Assembly (NCBI GenBank): GCA_002269645.1
Contig: NIVC01001174.1
Location: 62,001 to 126,000 of the forward strand
Length of the DNA: 64,000 bases
Direction: 5' to 3'
Source: Macrostomum lignano
Lineage: Eukaryota
Made by a program: the position numbers and the translations under genes. Under the pieces are notes generated by a model, which was not told where the DNA came from, did not search any database, and saw nothing but the letters and a program-made list of their open reading frames with translations. Shown here piece by piece: positions 34,130 to 47,698 of this stretch; within the stretch, counting starts at the first letter, position 1; each line of letters starts with the position of its first letter.

Positions 34130-36162
34130 CTAAGACACCAACGTCTTTAGTGGTTTAGTGTCAGTGACATTCAATGTAAATTAATTCATGTAAAGAGACC
34201 AACCCAAAAGCTCGTAAAATCAAGTATACCATGTCCATTTATACTTGATTTACTGATTGATGGTATCGTTTATGTCGATCACGGCTTACTTTCATGGCTT
34301 ACTGCTACAGTCTTCACTGCAGTTAAAGCTTCTTTACTGGACTTTTTCAGTTTACACTGGCTATCGGTCAAAGAGAAAATTCTTTCTCACCTTGGTCAAT
34401 GCAACATCTCTGACTGAAAAACTTTCCAAAGAAATCCTAAGCGAGGAAAAGTGTGCCAGTTGTAGCAGGGCCAGCCTTGAGTCTCTCCGGCTCCTTTTGT
34501 CCTTTGGCGCTTTTTCTCTCCCCGTTCTCATGCAGTCACGCAACATTTTCTCCTATGGACTCTGGCGAACGTCAGTCTCTTTACGCTCCATCTCGAGGGC
34601 AGCCTTTCCGCCATTTGAATGCGACGGCATTCTGTCGCAGATGCCGAGTGTTATTGAGGCTGGCTCTGAGTGAGGGTAATATTAGTGAGAGTAAAATTGT
34701 GCAAGCCTGAGCATGAGACGAGAAGTGACTAAGTAAATGGTGTTAGTTGTGAATTCAACTTGGCGATCATTTGGATACTTATGCCAGTCACTATATTCTT
34801 GTAGATAAAAATTTTTTAATGCGCTTCTAGACGTCAGGTGTAAAATTATTCTAAAGTTTTACCCCAGTAGTCCGAAAAAATGATGCTAAAAAACATACAA
34901 ATCAACCTACTTTTAGTAGTAAAGAGGCCCCTGAACGGATCGGCGGCTAAGAATTTGAAACACGGAGAGCGAGAATCACGAGAACTTACAATAATGAATG
35001 TTTTTAGGCTGGTTCGCAACACCGTTTAAGTATTCTTTCGTCTGAAAAACTTACTCACAGTTTTATTGTGTGTCAAAGAGTGTCAGCTTTCTAAGAAGTC
35101 AATATTTAATGTTTGTTTAGAAATCGTAAGATGTTAAGAATTTAATGTCACGAATAAAAAATGAACGCTAACTCTACATTTTAACAAAATTAATTATGTT
35201 GGGACCAAAAGACCAAATAAAATACCAAATACCAAAAGACGCATGCAAATAAGTAGATGAAAAATCATGCAAAGGCTAAATAGGATGCAAAATGAGTTTC
35301 TTTGTGCAATATCAAACTTTTTTTGACAGAGTACATCAAATATTCGAACCCACGCCTATTAAATAAGTATATATGATTTGAATGTTTCCAGAAAAACTGA
35401 AATAAATAAATTTCTAGCCGCCCAAACGAGCTTCAAAAGTGTTTGAGACACGAAAAAGTTTCAGAAAAAAAAGTCATTTAGAAAAACAGTAAGACTAAAA
35501 AAGCAAAACAGCAACAACTCTGAAACAATCAAAAAGCACGCCTTTATTGTAAGATTGACCATTCTCGCCATGTTTAACTAAATTTAATGACTTCTACTGG
35601 TTCTATCGAGCTGATTGGTTTTAGAGCTCCTTGAAGTGACAGTTTACTGTTGAAGTACTTAACGATTGTGATTGACGAGGGTAGCCAACTTAGCTAACTT
35701 GTAACCAATTGTTTTACAAAACCTTAATGTGCATAACATACTGCTTAAGATAATAGCAGTAGTTAGTGCGCGTCAAAGATTAACGAAGGCAAAGGTGGTA
35801 AAAGAAACAATTAAGTTGTGACAATTATGAAAATTAAGTTGCAAATTTACTCATCACACATAATAATCCAGTATTGATCCAACGGTTGGCACTCACTGAC
35901 TCTTAACCAAGTAACTGAACTGCAATAATTTCTGTAAGTTACACTCGTACGCACATCTAATGAGTTCTAGAATTTTTTCTTATTGTGATATTTAAATTCA
36001 TTCAAACCGTTTGGCTTCTGCACCTGGAAGCAAACAAAATTACTAAATATTCGTCTTTAAAATGAAAACCTTAAATACTACTAAAATCTGAGGAAATTTG
36101 CATCCAAAATAAATAAAAACGGTCAGTGCAAAACCACTTAAAATGATGAACACCGACTTCTC

Positions 36163-39100
36163 TTAAACTTCGGTAACGACGCACTGCACAACCGCCTGTG
36201 CAGCCTGCACGGCCAGTACCGCCTTCTCCCGATTCGAACTCTCCGACAGATCCAACGCCCGACCGTTGCGCTCGTCCACGAAGGCGCTCGCCAGCTGTGA
36301 GACGTGATCCAACACGGTCTGCGTCAGATCGGTGTCCGAAATGCAGCACAGATGCTGGCTCAGCTGCTGTTGACGATCCACTGCTTTACCCTGCTTTGTC
36401 AGCAACGCCTTCAGCGCCTTCTCCGCTGCCTGCCAGCTGATGAAGCTGGCCCATTCGAACTCGCCCGCTTCGATCCATCGCTCTGCTGAGCGCAGTTTTG
36501 TCTCTGCAGTTTCCAGGCACTTTTCTGCACTGTCGGCAGAAGCTCGGCCAGCACTGGAGCCTTCGGAGAAGTGCAGCCCGCCGCCTGCGACGCCTCCGCC
36601 GTGGCGTCTCAACCAACTGATGACGACCTCTTCAGCAGTGAATATGAGGCGACACCTGGCTACTCGCTCAGCCTGCTTCTGCCAATCGTTAATGAACTCA
36701 TGGAATTGGTGAGTCCAGTTGTGCTCAGCAGCGAATGATTTTATCTGTTCAAATGAATTAGCAGTACTTGAGTAGTGAGTCAGAGTCCGTTGCAGTACTT
36801 GACGCTGCTTGTCGGTCGGCAGCGAAGCTGCACTGCTCAACAGATGGTCAATGGACGCTCTGACATCAGTGTTTCCATGTGGAACCGATGAATAAACTGA
36901 AGCTGGTTGGTTCTCGAGTAAGAACAGCTCAGCTGTCGTGGCTTTGACGTGAGCACTTTCGCCAGCGTCAATGATGTACTCACTGGTCCATGGATTCTCG
37001 ACTTCAACAGGGAGCTTCTCTAGCACTTTGGCGTACACAAAGCATCCGTACTTATCCTTGTAAGCCACAGTTTTGCTCACTAGGTCTATCGGCTTTGCTG
37101 GCAGATGCCTGAGCAGGCAGTTTTTAAGCTGTGGCAAAGCCTGGCCAATCAAGGAAGCGCCCATGGTACTTAGCTCCATGCTCTTCTGACTCTTCACTTT
37201 GTGCAGAGAAACTTTACGCTTTTCCAAAACTTTCAGCATACCTTCGGGACTGTCCATCAGAAGCACAATTGTCAAATGATTTCCATGCTCCGGTGATATT
37301 TTGAAGCCATTCTGTAAAACTTTCTGAACGATATCCACAAAGTCCATCTGCCAAAGCATTCCCTTACTACCGCTGAGGTGTTCAGGGATGGCTGCATGGC
37401 TCATAAGAATCTTCCGTCCTTGCAGCAGAAAGTTCTTGTCTTCAGCTGAGTCGCGTTGCTCGACACCGTCAAACTGCAGGCAGGTCCGCAGCTCCGACAG
37501 GCAGACAACCGAAAATCGGGACAGAAGAGAAGAGAGAGAAGCAAAAACTTCATCACCTTTGACGGATAAGTCTTTCGAATTGTGCAAAATGATGCTAGTG
37601 ATGCACTGGAGCAGCACTGGGTGCCTCAGCTTAGCTTGAAGATTGCATCGGGCTGCACAGTTTTCCCCAGCGCTGCACCGATCGCTGACCTCCGTCAGCA
37701 GCTTCTCGCTCACATTCTCGCTCAGTCCTTTGAGCCCCAAGTCGGCTGCGAGGCTGAAGTACAGCCTGCGCAAACTGTCACTACCCAGCTCGCAGAAGCT
37801 GAGATCGAGAAATTTGACACACTTAGATTCCGCTAGCCTCTTCTGGTAGCCGTCCGAGTCGTTGATTGTGAGCTTCTGGCAGTCCACCAGCTCGAACTCG
37901 GTATCTATTGCGTCCTGGAAGTCGTCAGGTAGCACCAGTTTAGTAGGTAGGAATAGCCTTTTTGTGGACTCAAATTTCAGCTTTCCGCCTTGTTCTAATA
38001 AACCGATCATTGTGGTCAGGCATCGGTGCACGGAAGTAAGCTGATTTTCAGTTAGATAATATTGCTGATGCTGTTCGTCGTGAATGAGCTCCAGGACCAG
38101 CCTCAGTTGCTCCAATGTTGCTGATTTGGTGGCGCCCAACTTAGTAAACAGATTTAAATGACATCTGAAATCACCTGGACAGACCTGGATGTACGGTGGC
38201 ACCGAGGTTTTTTCTTCGAATGTGATTCTGTTTGGGGTGACGAAGCACGGGTCCCATCTAGGGCCTGTGAAAATGCAAGGAATTTTTCTCAAACGTGCAA
38301 TCACATTTCCCATTTTGGCACTGTTCATCCTCGTCAGATGTTCATAAATAGAGCTCATGGTCTTGAGCCTTAAACTCGCAGCAGTGTCGTGCATTCTAGA
38401 TGAAGTGAATGCTTCGTTGGACAAAATGTTCTGCAAATGACGCTCAAAAGCCTCATCGGAAACAGTCTTCATGGACTTATTCAAGCAAGGTCCGCAGTCA
38501 AGACAAGCGTACGACTCAACAGTCCAACAAAGGTAACGTGAGCTAAATTTTACGCACTGGGAGGGACTTTTCATGCAAACAGCATCGCCTGGACAAAGAC
38601 TGTGTAGGTCCTTGTCGTCATTCGCTACTAAAAATGGAATCTGAGATAGTTTCTGGACAAATTTATCTGTTAGATGCGTCCGAAAGCCCACACTGTCGAT
38701 AAATTTCAGCAGCATTTTCGATCTGTTTTTAAGATCATCAGAAATGCCAACAGTCCCTTCCGTGCTGATGTCATTGGCAAACTTAATAACAGTATCAGCT
38801 GAGCACTCAGTAATTAAGCCAGCATGGAGCATCAGCTGTCTCCAACGGCCACACTGGAACCGCTCTGGAAGAAAGTTTTCTGAATCCAAAGTTTTTTCGA
38901 ATATAAATACCGTGTGATCATAAAACGCATTAACCCTCTTCCAGCCGCATTGTGTCGGAATGATACTTGCTTCCTGTAGAGAGCTTTCGAGTTTCCTTAA
39001 GTTTTGAGATTCATCTGATTTCATAAACGGAATTCGATCAAAGTTTCTGCTCATTTCGCAGAGTTTCTCTAAATGCTTCTCTCGAGTTGGGTCGGACAAT

Positions 39101-42100
39101 TTAGAGAAGGCAGGAAGGATGAAGTTTGCGTAGACTTCAGGTTCCGATATTTCATCGCATTTTAGTTTACTGTACAGTGATCTGAGTGCGGTGTTGTCCT
39201 TCAGGAAGATGGCCTGGCTGGAGCTCTTCCACTCGTCCATCTCGTCGGCAACGAGCGTCGCCGGCAAGATGCAGGCCTGCTCACAGTTGAGCGCTCGGCA
39301 GTGACCGTCAGAAGTGACGAACACGGGCCACTTTCGCAACCGTTCCAGAATGTTTTTCTCGCCTTGATTTTCACTTAGCTGCCGCCAATGATTTTGAATG
39401 TACTGGAGAAAGATCACAGCTTCCTCTTCCGTAGCTGAAGTTCTTTCGGGATTTTCAGTCAGAGCGAATTCAATCACTCGAAGCATTGACTCGTGCCTCT
39501 GGAAGTTGCCGCATAGTTTTTCAACAAGCTTTAGGCTGGACATACTAAGCATTGGAGCATTCAGCTTCCGAAGAGACTTCTCGACGGCTAAGCTGTAGTC
39601 ATCGAGACCATCAACTTGGACGACAGGCGCGTAAACACACGAGGCCCGTGATATGCTAACTAGACGATGCTCATTGACAGGAACCAGATGAGCATTTTTG
39701 AGCCCGGCAGACACTAGAGAATGCAGCGGATCTTTTTGATTCGGGCAGCTGAGATTGAAAAAGTCCCACGCTCGAATGAGCCAATTTTCCAGAGCCTCTG
39801 TGTCCATGCCAACCTGGTGCATGGGCGCGTAAATGCTTTCTGCACTGAAGATTTCACTGTTTTCTTTTCGCAATATGTTGCAGAAGTCCGTCACTTGAAA
39901 GTCTCTCACAATATTAAACGTTTTTAGTTTGTCAATCTCAGCTTTGGAAAGACAAGAAATGAATGTTTTGTGCACAAACTCTTGCCTAGCTTCTGTGTGC
40001 ATAAACAAGTCGAAATATTCCGTAAAGAAGAGTCCTTTGTCTCCGGATTAAAAAAATGACAGCTGTCCTCCAGAACTTAAATTTAGAGGCGCTCCATTCA
40101 AATTAGTCGACTTTGTTTCCAACAAATACTTGATAAACTTCAAGACGGTTTCAGGACGCTCGAAAGGAGTCTGCTCTACATCTACAGGTACAGAGGCTCG
40201 CAATGCTGCACAGACTGGGCCGTTGAGAAACGCAATGATTGATGAAGCATCCGCGAGCAGGAAGGAATCCAGTTTGCTGGACCTCAGCGATTCTACCAGT
40301 TGCCGTTTTTCGGACAAAACGAGCGGGAACTTCAATTTGTAAAGAATCTGCTTTATTGGATCTTTTAGATCGCCTGCAGCGAGAAATACAGCAGTCCCAT
40401 CGACTTCGCTCAAGCGCTGTGCAAGTGGAAGCCACTTCAAAGTCTGCGGCTGCTCACTTGTAGCTGGAAATATTTTCAGTCGGTTTCTAAACGCATTCTG
40501 GAAAAAGGCCTTTGCAAGCTCGTCAAAGAATGCCATGTCTTTTTCATGACAATCTGGGAGAAGCTTAAAATACTCAGGCACACTGGATTCAGTTAATACA
40601 AAGGTCCTTGCTGTTTCTAGAATACTTCCATAGCATTCAGGTAGCAGCTGCGTTGCCAACATGCGGTTCCATTGTTCCTTATAGTCAGAATTTCCGCTCG
40701 CTTTCCAAAGAGATCTTCGCGACGGGTCCAGAATGAAGTGACCGTTTACGTGAACAGGCAGCCCAGTGGTCACTGGCAGTGGAAGCAGGCAGTAGGCACG
40801 GCCCTTCACTGCCGATGTTGCTGCTGATCCAGGCAAAAGAGCGGCTACTCCGGTCTTTGGAAGAAGACCCCACTTTCCTGTAAATACTTCCTGTTGCACT
40901 TTTTCTGTGACAGTGATGTTTCTACTGCTCAACTTTTGACAAACAAGCCACCTTGCTTTTGAGTCCACAGATTTCCCCGTACAAGTTGTGGTGAGCTCAT
41001 AAGTTACTGAGCTGATTGGAAGAGCATCAAGCCTGATTCCTTTAGTCATTAAACTTTGACTGGCCACTTCGCATTTATTCTTGAAATCGTCCAAGCCTTC
41101 TTTAGAATCTGGCAGCCTGTCTGCTTGGACTCTTACGGTGTAGAGCGTATTGAGAACGCCGTCCTGCGATACTTCACCAAGCTTTACCTCCTTGACATTA
41201 ACCAGAAACAAAACTGCTTGTTCCAGTTCTTCTTTTGCCAACTGCTCATCAAATAGCGTCTTGATTTCGTTTGCATCCACAACCTTTTGGCAAATCTTTG
41301 ATTGATTTGAAAACCTCAGTGGTAGACGGAAAACAGTACCTCCTTTCTGCTGCAAATGTTCTGGAAGGTATCCAGCAAATACATCCGTAAATGTATCTTT
41401 CAGATTCTCCAACTCCTTGAACATTCCTCCAGGAGTAGCGGCCGTCGCACCAGGCATGTATTTGCAGTGCGGATCCATCACACACAGTACTTTGCCGTCA
41501 GAAAGAAATGACGGCGCGTCAGTAATATTGTACACACAGTTGAACCCAATTCCGTAATTCCCTGCTTTCCACAACTCGTCACGCTTGGATCCAACGCCGA
41601 GATCCTGGATGCCTTCAATGTCAGCATCGGAGAATGTCGAGTCGTTATAGACGAGTAGCGCAGGTCCCTGTAGCTCCTTCCAGTTGTCGCTCAAAACTCG
41701 TTCGGTTCCGTGATGCCGATGATCGATGATGAAGCTGATCGTCGATGCTCCCGCGTCATCAGCATTCTGGATGAGTTCTTTGAAGAGTTCGCTGCCGAAT
41801 GGATAGCCAGCCAGAATGCTCTTCAGTCTAGTTGTGAGATCCTCATGCTGACCAAATGGCAGCGGCCTCATCGCCTGCGATATCATGCTCTCGCGCTGGC
41901 TCCGGATGCCAAGCTTTTCGCACAGATCGAATGACAAAGTTTGGTGACAGAAGTAAGTGCCATCTGCTAGCTGGACAATGTCCATCCATGGAATATTATT
42001 GAAGCATAGCTGGCTACATGGCCTCAAGACGCCAGTCTTATCTGGGGCGAGAAGTTCGTTCTTATGTTGGAATTTCTCTGTAGAGTTCACAATTTTATAA

Positions 42101-45042
42101 AGTAGACCCAAGCTTAGTTCTAAATCATCATCTGACAGACGTGTTGATGCGCGTTGCTGTGCCAAATTTCCGAGAGCCCACACAAAATGCTTGGTTTTAA
42201 ATTTGGTTAGAACTCCTGCTGCCTTGAAGAAGAGCATGAATGCTTCGTCGATCAACTCTGGTGAGAGCTTAAACAAGAACGGCGGAAAATCAGTGTCTAA
42301 TTTCCACATTGATACCTGAGTCGGCCTTCGGAATCCATGAGGTGACCAGATTACGTTGGGTACCTGCTTTATCAGGTTAGTCACATCTGGTTGGGTAATG
42401 CCCTTTTCAGAAAGCTTTCGACTAAAATATCTGTAGACGCACTGACTGACTCTGAGTGTTTCTTCATTGGTCTGTCTCGTATTAATTACTGTGACTAATT
42501 GCTGCCACGTAACTAGACGCGTGACATTATTCAAGACACCTATCGACTTCATTAGCTCTATTCTTACGCTTTTTTCAACTTCGCTGAAAAGGGATTCATC
42601 TATAACCAACTGTGACGCTGACACCAAATCTTTGCAATTTGGAGTGTACAGCTTGTCTGGCTGGAACAGTGCACCTGGTAGATATTTATCGGACTGCCAA
42701 TTAAAGCAGCAGTCTTGTGGTTTCCGCATAGCAGGTAGAAACTCAACACTTTTAAGTTGCTCGAACGGATGCCGAAATTTCCTATTAAGAAGCGACCCTA
42801 AGTAAGACAGCAATACCTTTGTTCGCTCCTCTCTGTGTGGCTCAGCCAGGACAGTAAGCGACGCTGCTCGACGCATCACTTCCGCCCACAGTAAGTCATT
42901 GCGCATGCCGATCAGCCGTAGAGCCTTCAGCCGGTCCTCTGTCCTGAGGTCGCTGTGCGGAAATATCGGATCTTCAGAATCAAAAAGACGCGCGGCGAGA
43001 CACTTTTGATCCAGAATTTCGGACGGCTTACACAATGCATTATTGGCATTCGGAATGCAGCAGTACTTTTTTAGAGCATTATTAACCATTTCTGTCACAG
43101 TCTTTGACGCTGACTTCAACTCTCTGCGCTCATCTTGGCAGATTTCATCCAGAATGAACTTTAGTGCTCCGAAGCAGTCCTCAGAGTAGCCCGACTTCCA
43201 CAAACGAGACATGTTCGTCACCAAAATAACAAGCAAAGTTTCGGCCGACCACTGATGCTGCAGAATCTTGTTCGTCAGTCCCAGCTGCTCCACAGTTCGT
43301 CGAACTCCATCGGTCAACGATGCTACACCTTCGTGCTGACCCACGAGTCTTGTGGCGAGTCGACTCAAACAATCTGAAATCCCACCCAGTGACAGGATGC
43401 TGGGATCCAGAAACACTGTGTGTCCGAAACTCTTCCAGCTGGCTGATGTGTGAAAGATTGGTGCCTGGCCGTCAAGCAGGGAAGCGTAGAACTTCTCAAT
43501 GAGAGGCCTCCACACAGAATGAGTAGCTCTGTCGAATCGAGGCCACAGCTCTTGCGAAATCTCTGCATTCACCAAAGACATTCCGCTTAGAATCTTCAGA
43601 GCGTCGATGTAGGCAGGACAAATGACGTCAGTGAGCAGCACTCGGTTCCACTCGCCGAGACTCCACACGCCCTGCTTCTCGTCGACCGTGACCTCGTTGA
43701 GGTGTCGTCGGCTCGAGGTGACGGAGAAGCTCGCGTTCAGCATCACTGGAAATGGATTTTCTACAGGCAGCGGTAGGAAGCAGAACAGCAGCGAGGCCGG
43801 CTGTGTGTCACGTGACAGCGGCACAATCCTGTGAGACTGCTCGATGGGCAGCGCCACGGCTCCCACAGGCGCCAGTCCGAGACGACGCTGCTCCAACGCG
43901 ACAGCGAGCGACTGCCCAGTGGCGACAGCAGCGCACACGAGCCACACTCTGGTGGAGGCGACTGTGCTGATCTGGAACTGGTCATGAGCTGAGTCTCCAA
44001 GCTGAACCTCTACCTCGACAGTCGCTTGACAGCGATGTGCTTGATTTCGTCCAGACCCTCCTTGAGTAGCAGATTCGATCAGAGCTTCGGCTACCTTGAG
44101 AATGGAGCTCTGAGCAGCGAACTCTTGATCCGCTTGTGACATTCCTGATATTGGTAGCGGTGGCAGTGCAATGGCATGTCGCTGGAAATATTTGAGAGGG
44201 CTCTTGTGAACGCAGAACACGAGTTGAGTTTGATTTGAAGGATCGGTCGCATTGGACGGCAGGAACAGACACCGGAATGTTCGCACTGTCTGGGTGAACA
44301 GAAGCATAGTGTCGGCTTGCTCTGCAGCCAGTCTTAGTAACCCGCCAATCTCCGAGTCAGAGTACACGCGATCGCAGATCTTCGACTTCGCTGCCTGAGC
44401 CTCAGTGCGCAGCGGAAGACGCAGCAGCGTGCCGGCGAAGTTTCCTTCATCTGCTTGCAGATTGCAGCCTGAGACTCCAGCGAACGGTGCAAACTGGTTG
44501 GCGTACCGATCCAGCAGACTCGGCTGTGCTTGAAAGTCGAGCTCAACTCCAGTGTCCCTGTCCCCATGACTCGCGTACACCGCCTCCAAGTAGCCCTCGC
44601 CCCTGCGCTCACCGTGCGGGTCGAGAATCAGCATGCGGTGCCGACTGAGGATCTGCGGCACGTCAGTCAGGTTGTACACCGAGTTGAAGCCCAGACCGAA
44701 GCGACCGACCTTGGCCGTCTTCTCCAGTTTGGTGGCTCCGCTCAGCTGCAGGATGTTGTCGAAGTCCTCGTCGCTGAAGGTGGCGTTGTTGAAGGCCCAC
44801 AGCGCCCGTCCCTGACAGTCGGCCATCGCCGGATCGAGCAGCGACTCGGAGCCGCGCCAGTCGGAGTTCTCGCGACAGTCGTAGAGCAGCGTGACCTCGG
44901 TGGCACCCGCGTCGTCAGCGTTCTGCAGCAGCTCCTTGGGCACCGCCAGACCGTCAGAGTACTCGTCGAGCAGTCGCTTGAGTCGTCGGGTAAGCAGCTC
45001 AGACTGGCCGCGCAGACGTAGGCCGTCGGAGGCCTGGGCCAT
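36163..45042 (-). CDS. SACS: Sacsin-like protein 1 (2 HSP90-like SRR repeats, HPD-less J-like region, HEPN), ~2960 codons with one in-frame TAA at 40050-40048
   Basis: ORFs 40048-45123 and 36163-40008 are in the same frame, split only by TAA. Motifs ELLQNADDAGA..GRFGLGFNSVY, ELIQNADDAGA..GNYGIGFNCVY, and HEPN WASFISWQAAEKALKA. Likely ATG at 45042, just after an acceptor (acacag|gcctccaaaATG). Family-level call, not proven orthology. Confidence 0.9.
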
Positions 45043-45122
45043 TTTGGAGGCCTGTGTGTAGGGTTTTGAGAGGCTTGAACTGTGATTGAAGTACATGAGA
45101 ATGCGTGACTTGCACGCATGCA

Positions 45123-45169
45123 TGACTGACTGACTGACTGACTGACTGACTGACTGACTGACTGACTGA
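45123..45169. repeat. (GACT)n microsatellite upstream of sacsin-1
   Basis: About 11 tgac units. Confidence 0.95.
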
Positions 45170-45305
45170 TAGAAAAAAATATGTTAAAAACAGCGGATAA
45201 CTTAGATCTTAAGTGGCATTTTTTAACTTTGATTTAAGCTTTGGACTACATGTTTAAGGCGCAAGGGTAAAAACTTTAAACAATGTTTATTTAGAACTGT
45301 ATTTG

Positions 45306-45665
45306 ACAACGTGGCATCATCAAATCAAATCGTGCGCGCACCTTTGTCAGAGTCCTGAGACTCTGGAATCGAAAAATGCATGCTCAGCTGCTACGCTCGT
45401 GGGAAGAACCGATTGTAGGGCGGCTAGGGCCTAGGGCACTACTGATGTCTGTTGCTATCTGCTGCTGGGTATTGTTACTGTATCTGCTACACAAGCTCCT
45501 AGCTCGTACGCCACTACTGCTGATTCTGCCGATTCTTGAAAAAATGTCGCAGCATTGCTAGCTTAGACAACGTGGCATCACCTGATTGTGCGCGCACCTT
45601 TGTGGGAAAGAGTCCAAAGGCGGAAAATGCGCGCTCAGCAGCTACATGTACGCTCGTGGGAGGAA
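45306..45665. repeat. Local direct duplication (~100 bp; 45306-45410 and 45567-45665)
   Basis: Both copies contain acaacgtggcatca..tgcgcgcacctttgt..gagtcc..gaaaa(a)tgc..gctcagc.gctac..gctcgtggga. Confidence 0.7.
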
Positions 45666-47509
45666 CTGAGAGTAGGGCATTTGTAGTGATCCGCTAGTTT
45701 GGTGTTAAGCGTCACACTATTGTCAGCAGCTTCCTTCGCCCTCGCCCTCGCCCTGGGTTGCTGTCTTCCGCTGGGCAGCCTCCCTCCCCTTCTGCTTGTT
45801 CTCGGTCGCCCCTCCTTTTCTCTACGCTCTTGCTTGCAGCCACGAGCTACTCTGCTGTGGCCTGCTCTGTGTTTCGTTCCTGTCCTGAGGACACGCTGGC
45901 GGCCTGTTTCCCTTGTCATGTGAGCAAGTCACCTGACAAGTCTTGTTTTCTCGAAGTCCCAAAGTGCAGTAAACATTTTTACTGCACTCGTTGGCCCGTG
46001 TTTACGGGAGGAATCACATGCTTCGGGGCCCTTGCCTTCTCTAAGGTAATAGGTGACTCATGTTTCTAAAAATAGATACTGAGTCATGCGGCCCTGTGCA
46101 CTTTACCCGCAGACCCCGCCTTCCCTAAGGCGGAGGGTGACGTCAGTTTTAAAAATAGAACAGAGTCACGAGGTCTGGCGCACACTGGCGCAGCGGGGAT
46201 TTCCTGGCTATAAATACGTGCCCCTCACCCTTGGTTCAGTCAAGGAGTTGTCGTCTTATTACGAGCGATCCTTCCTCCGAGCGTTCCTCCTATGGTTCTT
46301 CTTATTGTTCTTCTAGTTTTCCAGAATTAATTCAGTTGCCAATTTAAGCTACGAGTATCTGTAATTGGCCTGACGAAACTTATACGCCCAAGCCTAAAGG
46401 AGGCTAGCGCTGCCTTCCCAGCCACCCCCTGAGCCCGGCGGGATCTGCTGACCAGGACGCCTTGTTCATTAATCTGCAAATCTGCACGCTGTGCTGAGTT
46501 CGTCGACTTGTTTATTTCGTTCCAACGGGAAGCTCACCTCACCGAAGGCCGAGACCTGAAGGAACTGGTGGCAGGACTACCTATGCTACTAAGAGCTAGT
46601 AGAAGGCTTCCGAGTGAGAAAACGGAGAGCCCAAATCACTGTGCTAGACAGCAGGAGAAGCACAGGTACAACACATTGCATTGTATAGCAACTGGATAGC
46701 AGCAGTTATGCGGTAATAGAGCGCAGACAGTGTTTCAATCAGCTTTCTGTGTCAAATCATTTTCTTATTTAAACGGCAGAAATTAAGTTGCAAATTTATT
46801 TTTTAATACTTTTTTCTCCTTGGGGTCCCCGGTCCAATTCCCCGGGGAGTATTCTTTGACAAGAATGAGTCAAACTCAGAACGTTACGTAAGTTAAGAGT
46901 GCTTTACCGTTAGTGTCGGTGAGTGAGGGAGATGATTTGCAACTACTGGTATTTATTACTCGTAGTAGAATATGGAGCGTGGGAAGAAAGGTAAAAGAAG
47001 ACCTAAATCACTCAAATACAGACCCAAGTCCCTGACGTAGCACTTAGACCAACGTGACCATAAACAGGCACACAGACTCGCAGATATGGCCAAAAAGTTC
47101 ACAGCATGTCATCATCAATTAATTCGCAGGTAATCCCAACGAAAAATGTAGATGAATAAAAGTTCTTACCGTTTTATTAAAAGAGCTGCGGAAAAACAAT
47201 AGTTGAAATTATTTTCTTTATTTGGAGAGGTTTCACGTCGAGAATTGATTGCGAGCTGTTAACGGCTTCCGTGCACTGTGTATAGCATTATATAGTTTCT
47301 GAGATGCTATTTCCAGGAAATTCACTGTACATAAACATTTTTCAATGTACTCAAATTGTACTCAAAGACGTGAAGACTTTTTTCTATTAATAACAACTCT
47401 GTACAAGTCCCAGACTCCCAGCCCCTGCCAAGAGTTTGAAGAGATCACAAAATACTCTGGAAAATGGGGCTACGGGCAGTGTAGTGGTGGCCTATCTATC
47501 TCTACATAT

Positions 47510-47698
47510 CAGGGGCGTAGCCAAGGGGGGGTCATGGGGGTCATGACCCCCCCCCAGCCGGCTAATCCAGGCCAAACTTTCAGGTCCCCTCCCCCGTCAC
47601 AGAGGCCCAGCACCCCCTGCCCCCCCCCCCCCCCAGTTGCTGCTGTGAGCCTATGACTGACTGTGACCCCCCAGAAAGAAATCCTGGCTACGCCACTG
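47510..47698. mobile_element. hAT-type MITE (189 bp)
   Basis: Termini caggggcgtagcca ... tggctacgccactg; 8-bp TSD ctacatat (47502-47509, 47699-47706). Confidence 0.88.

Noticed and set aside
46560-46580. tggtggcag as the PBS of another LTR element
   Set aside because: Not preceded by an LTR ..CA end; no second LTR or gag follows.
35830-46800. Shared aaattaagttgcaaattta (~35831 and ~46780) as homologous sacsin 3' flanks
   Set aside because: Short and AT-rich; flanking similarity is too weak to call by eye.
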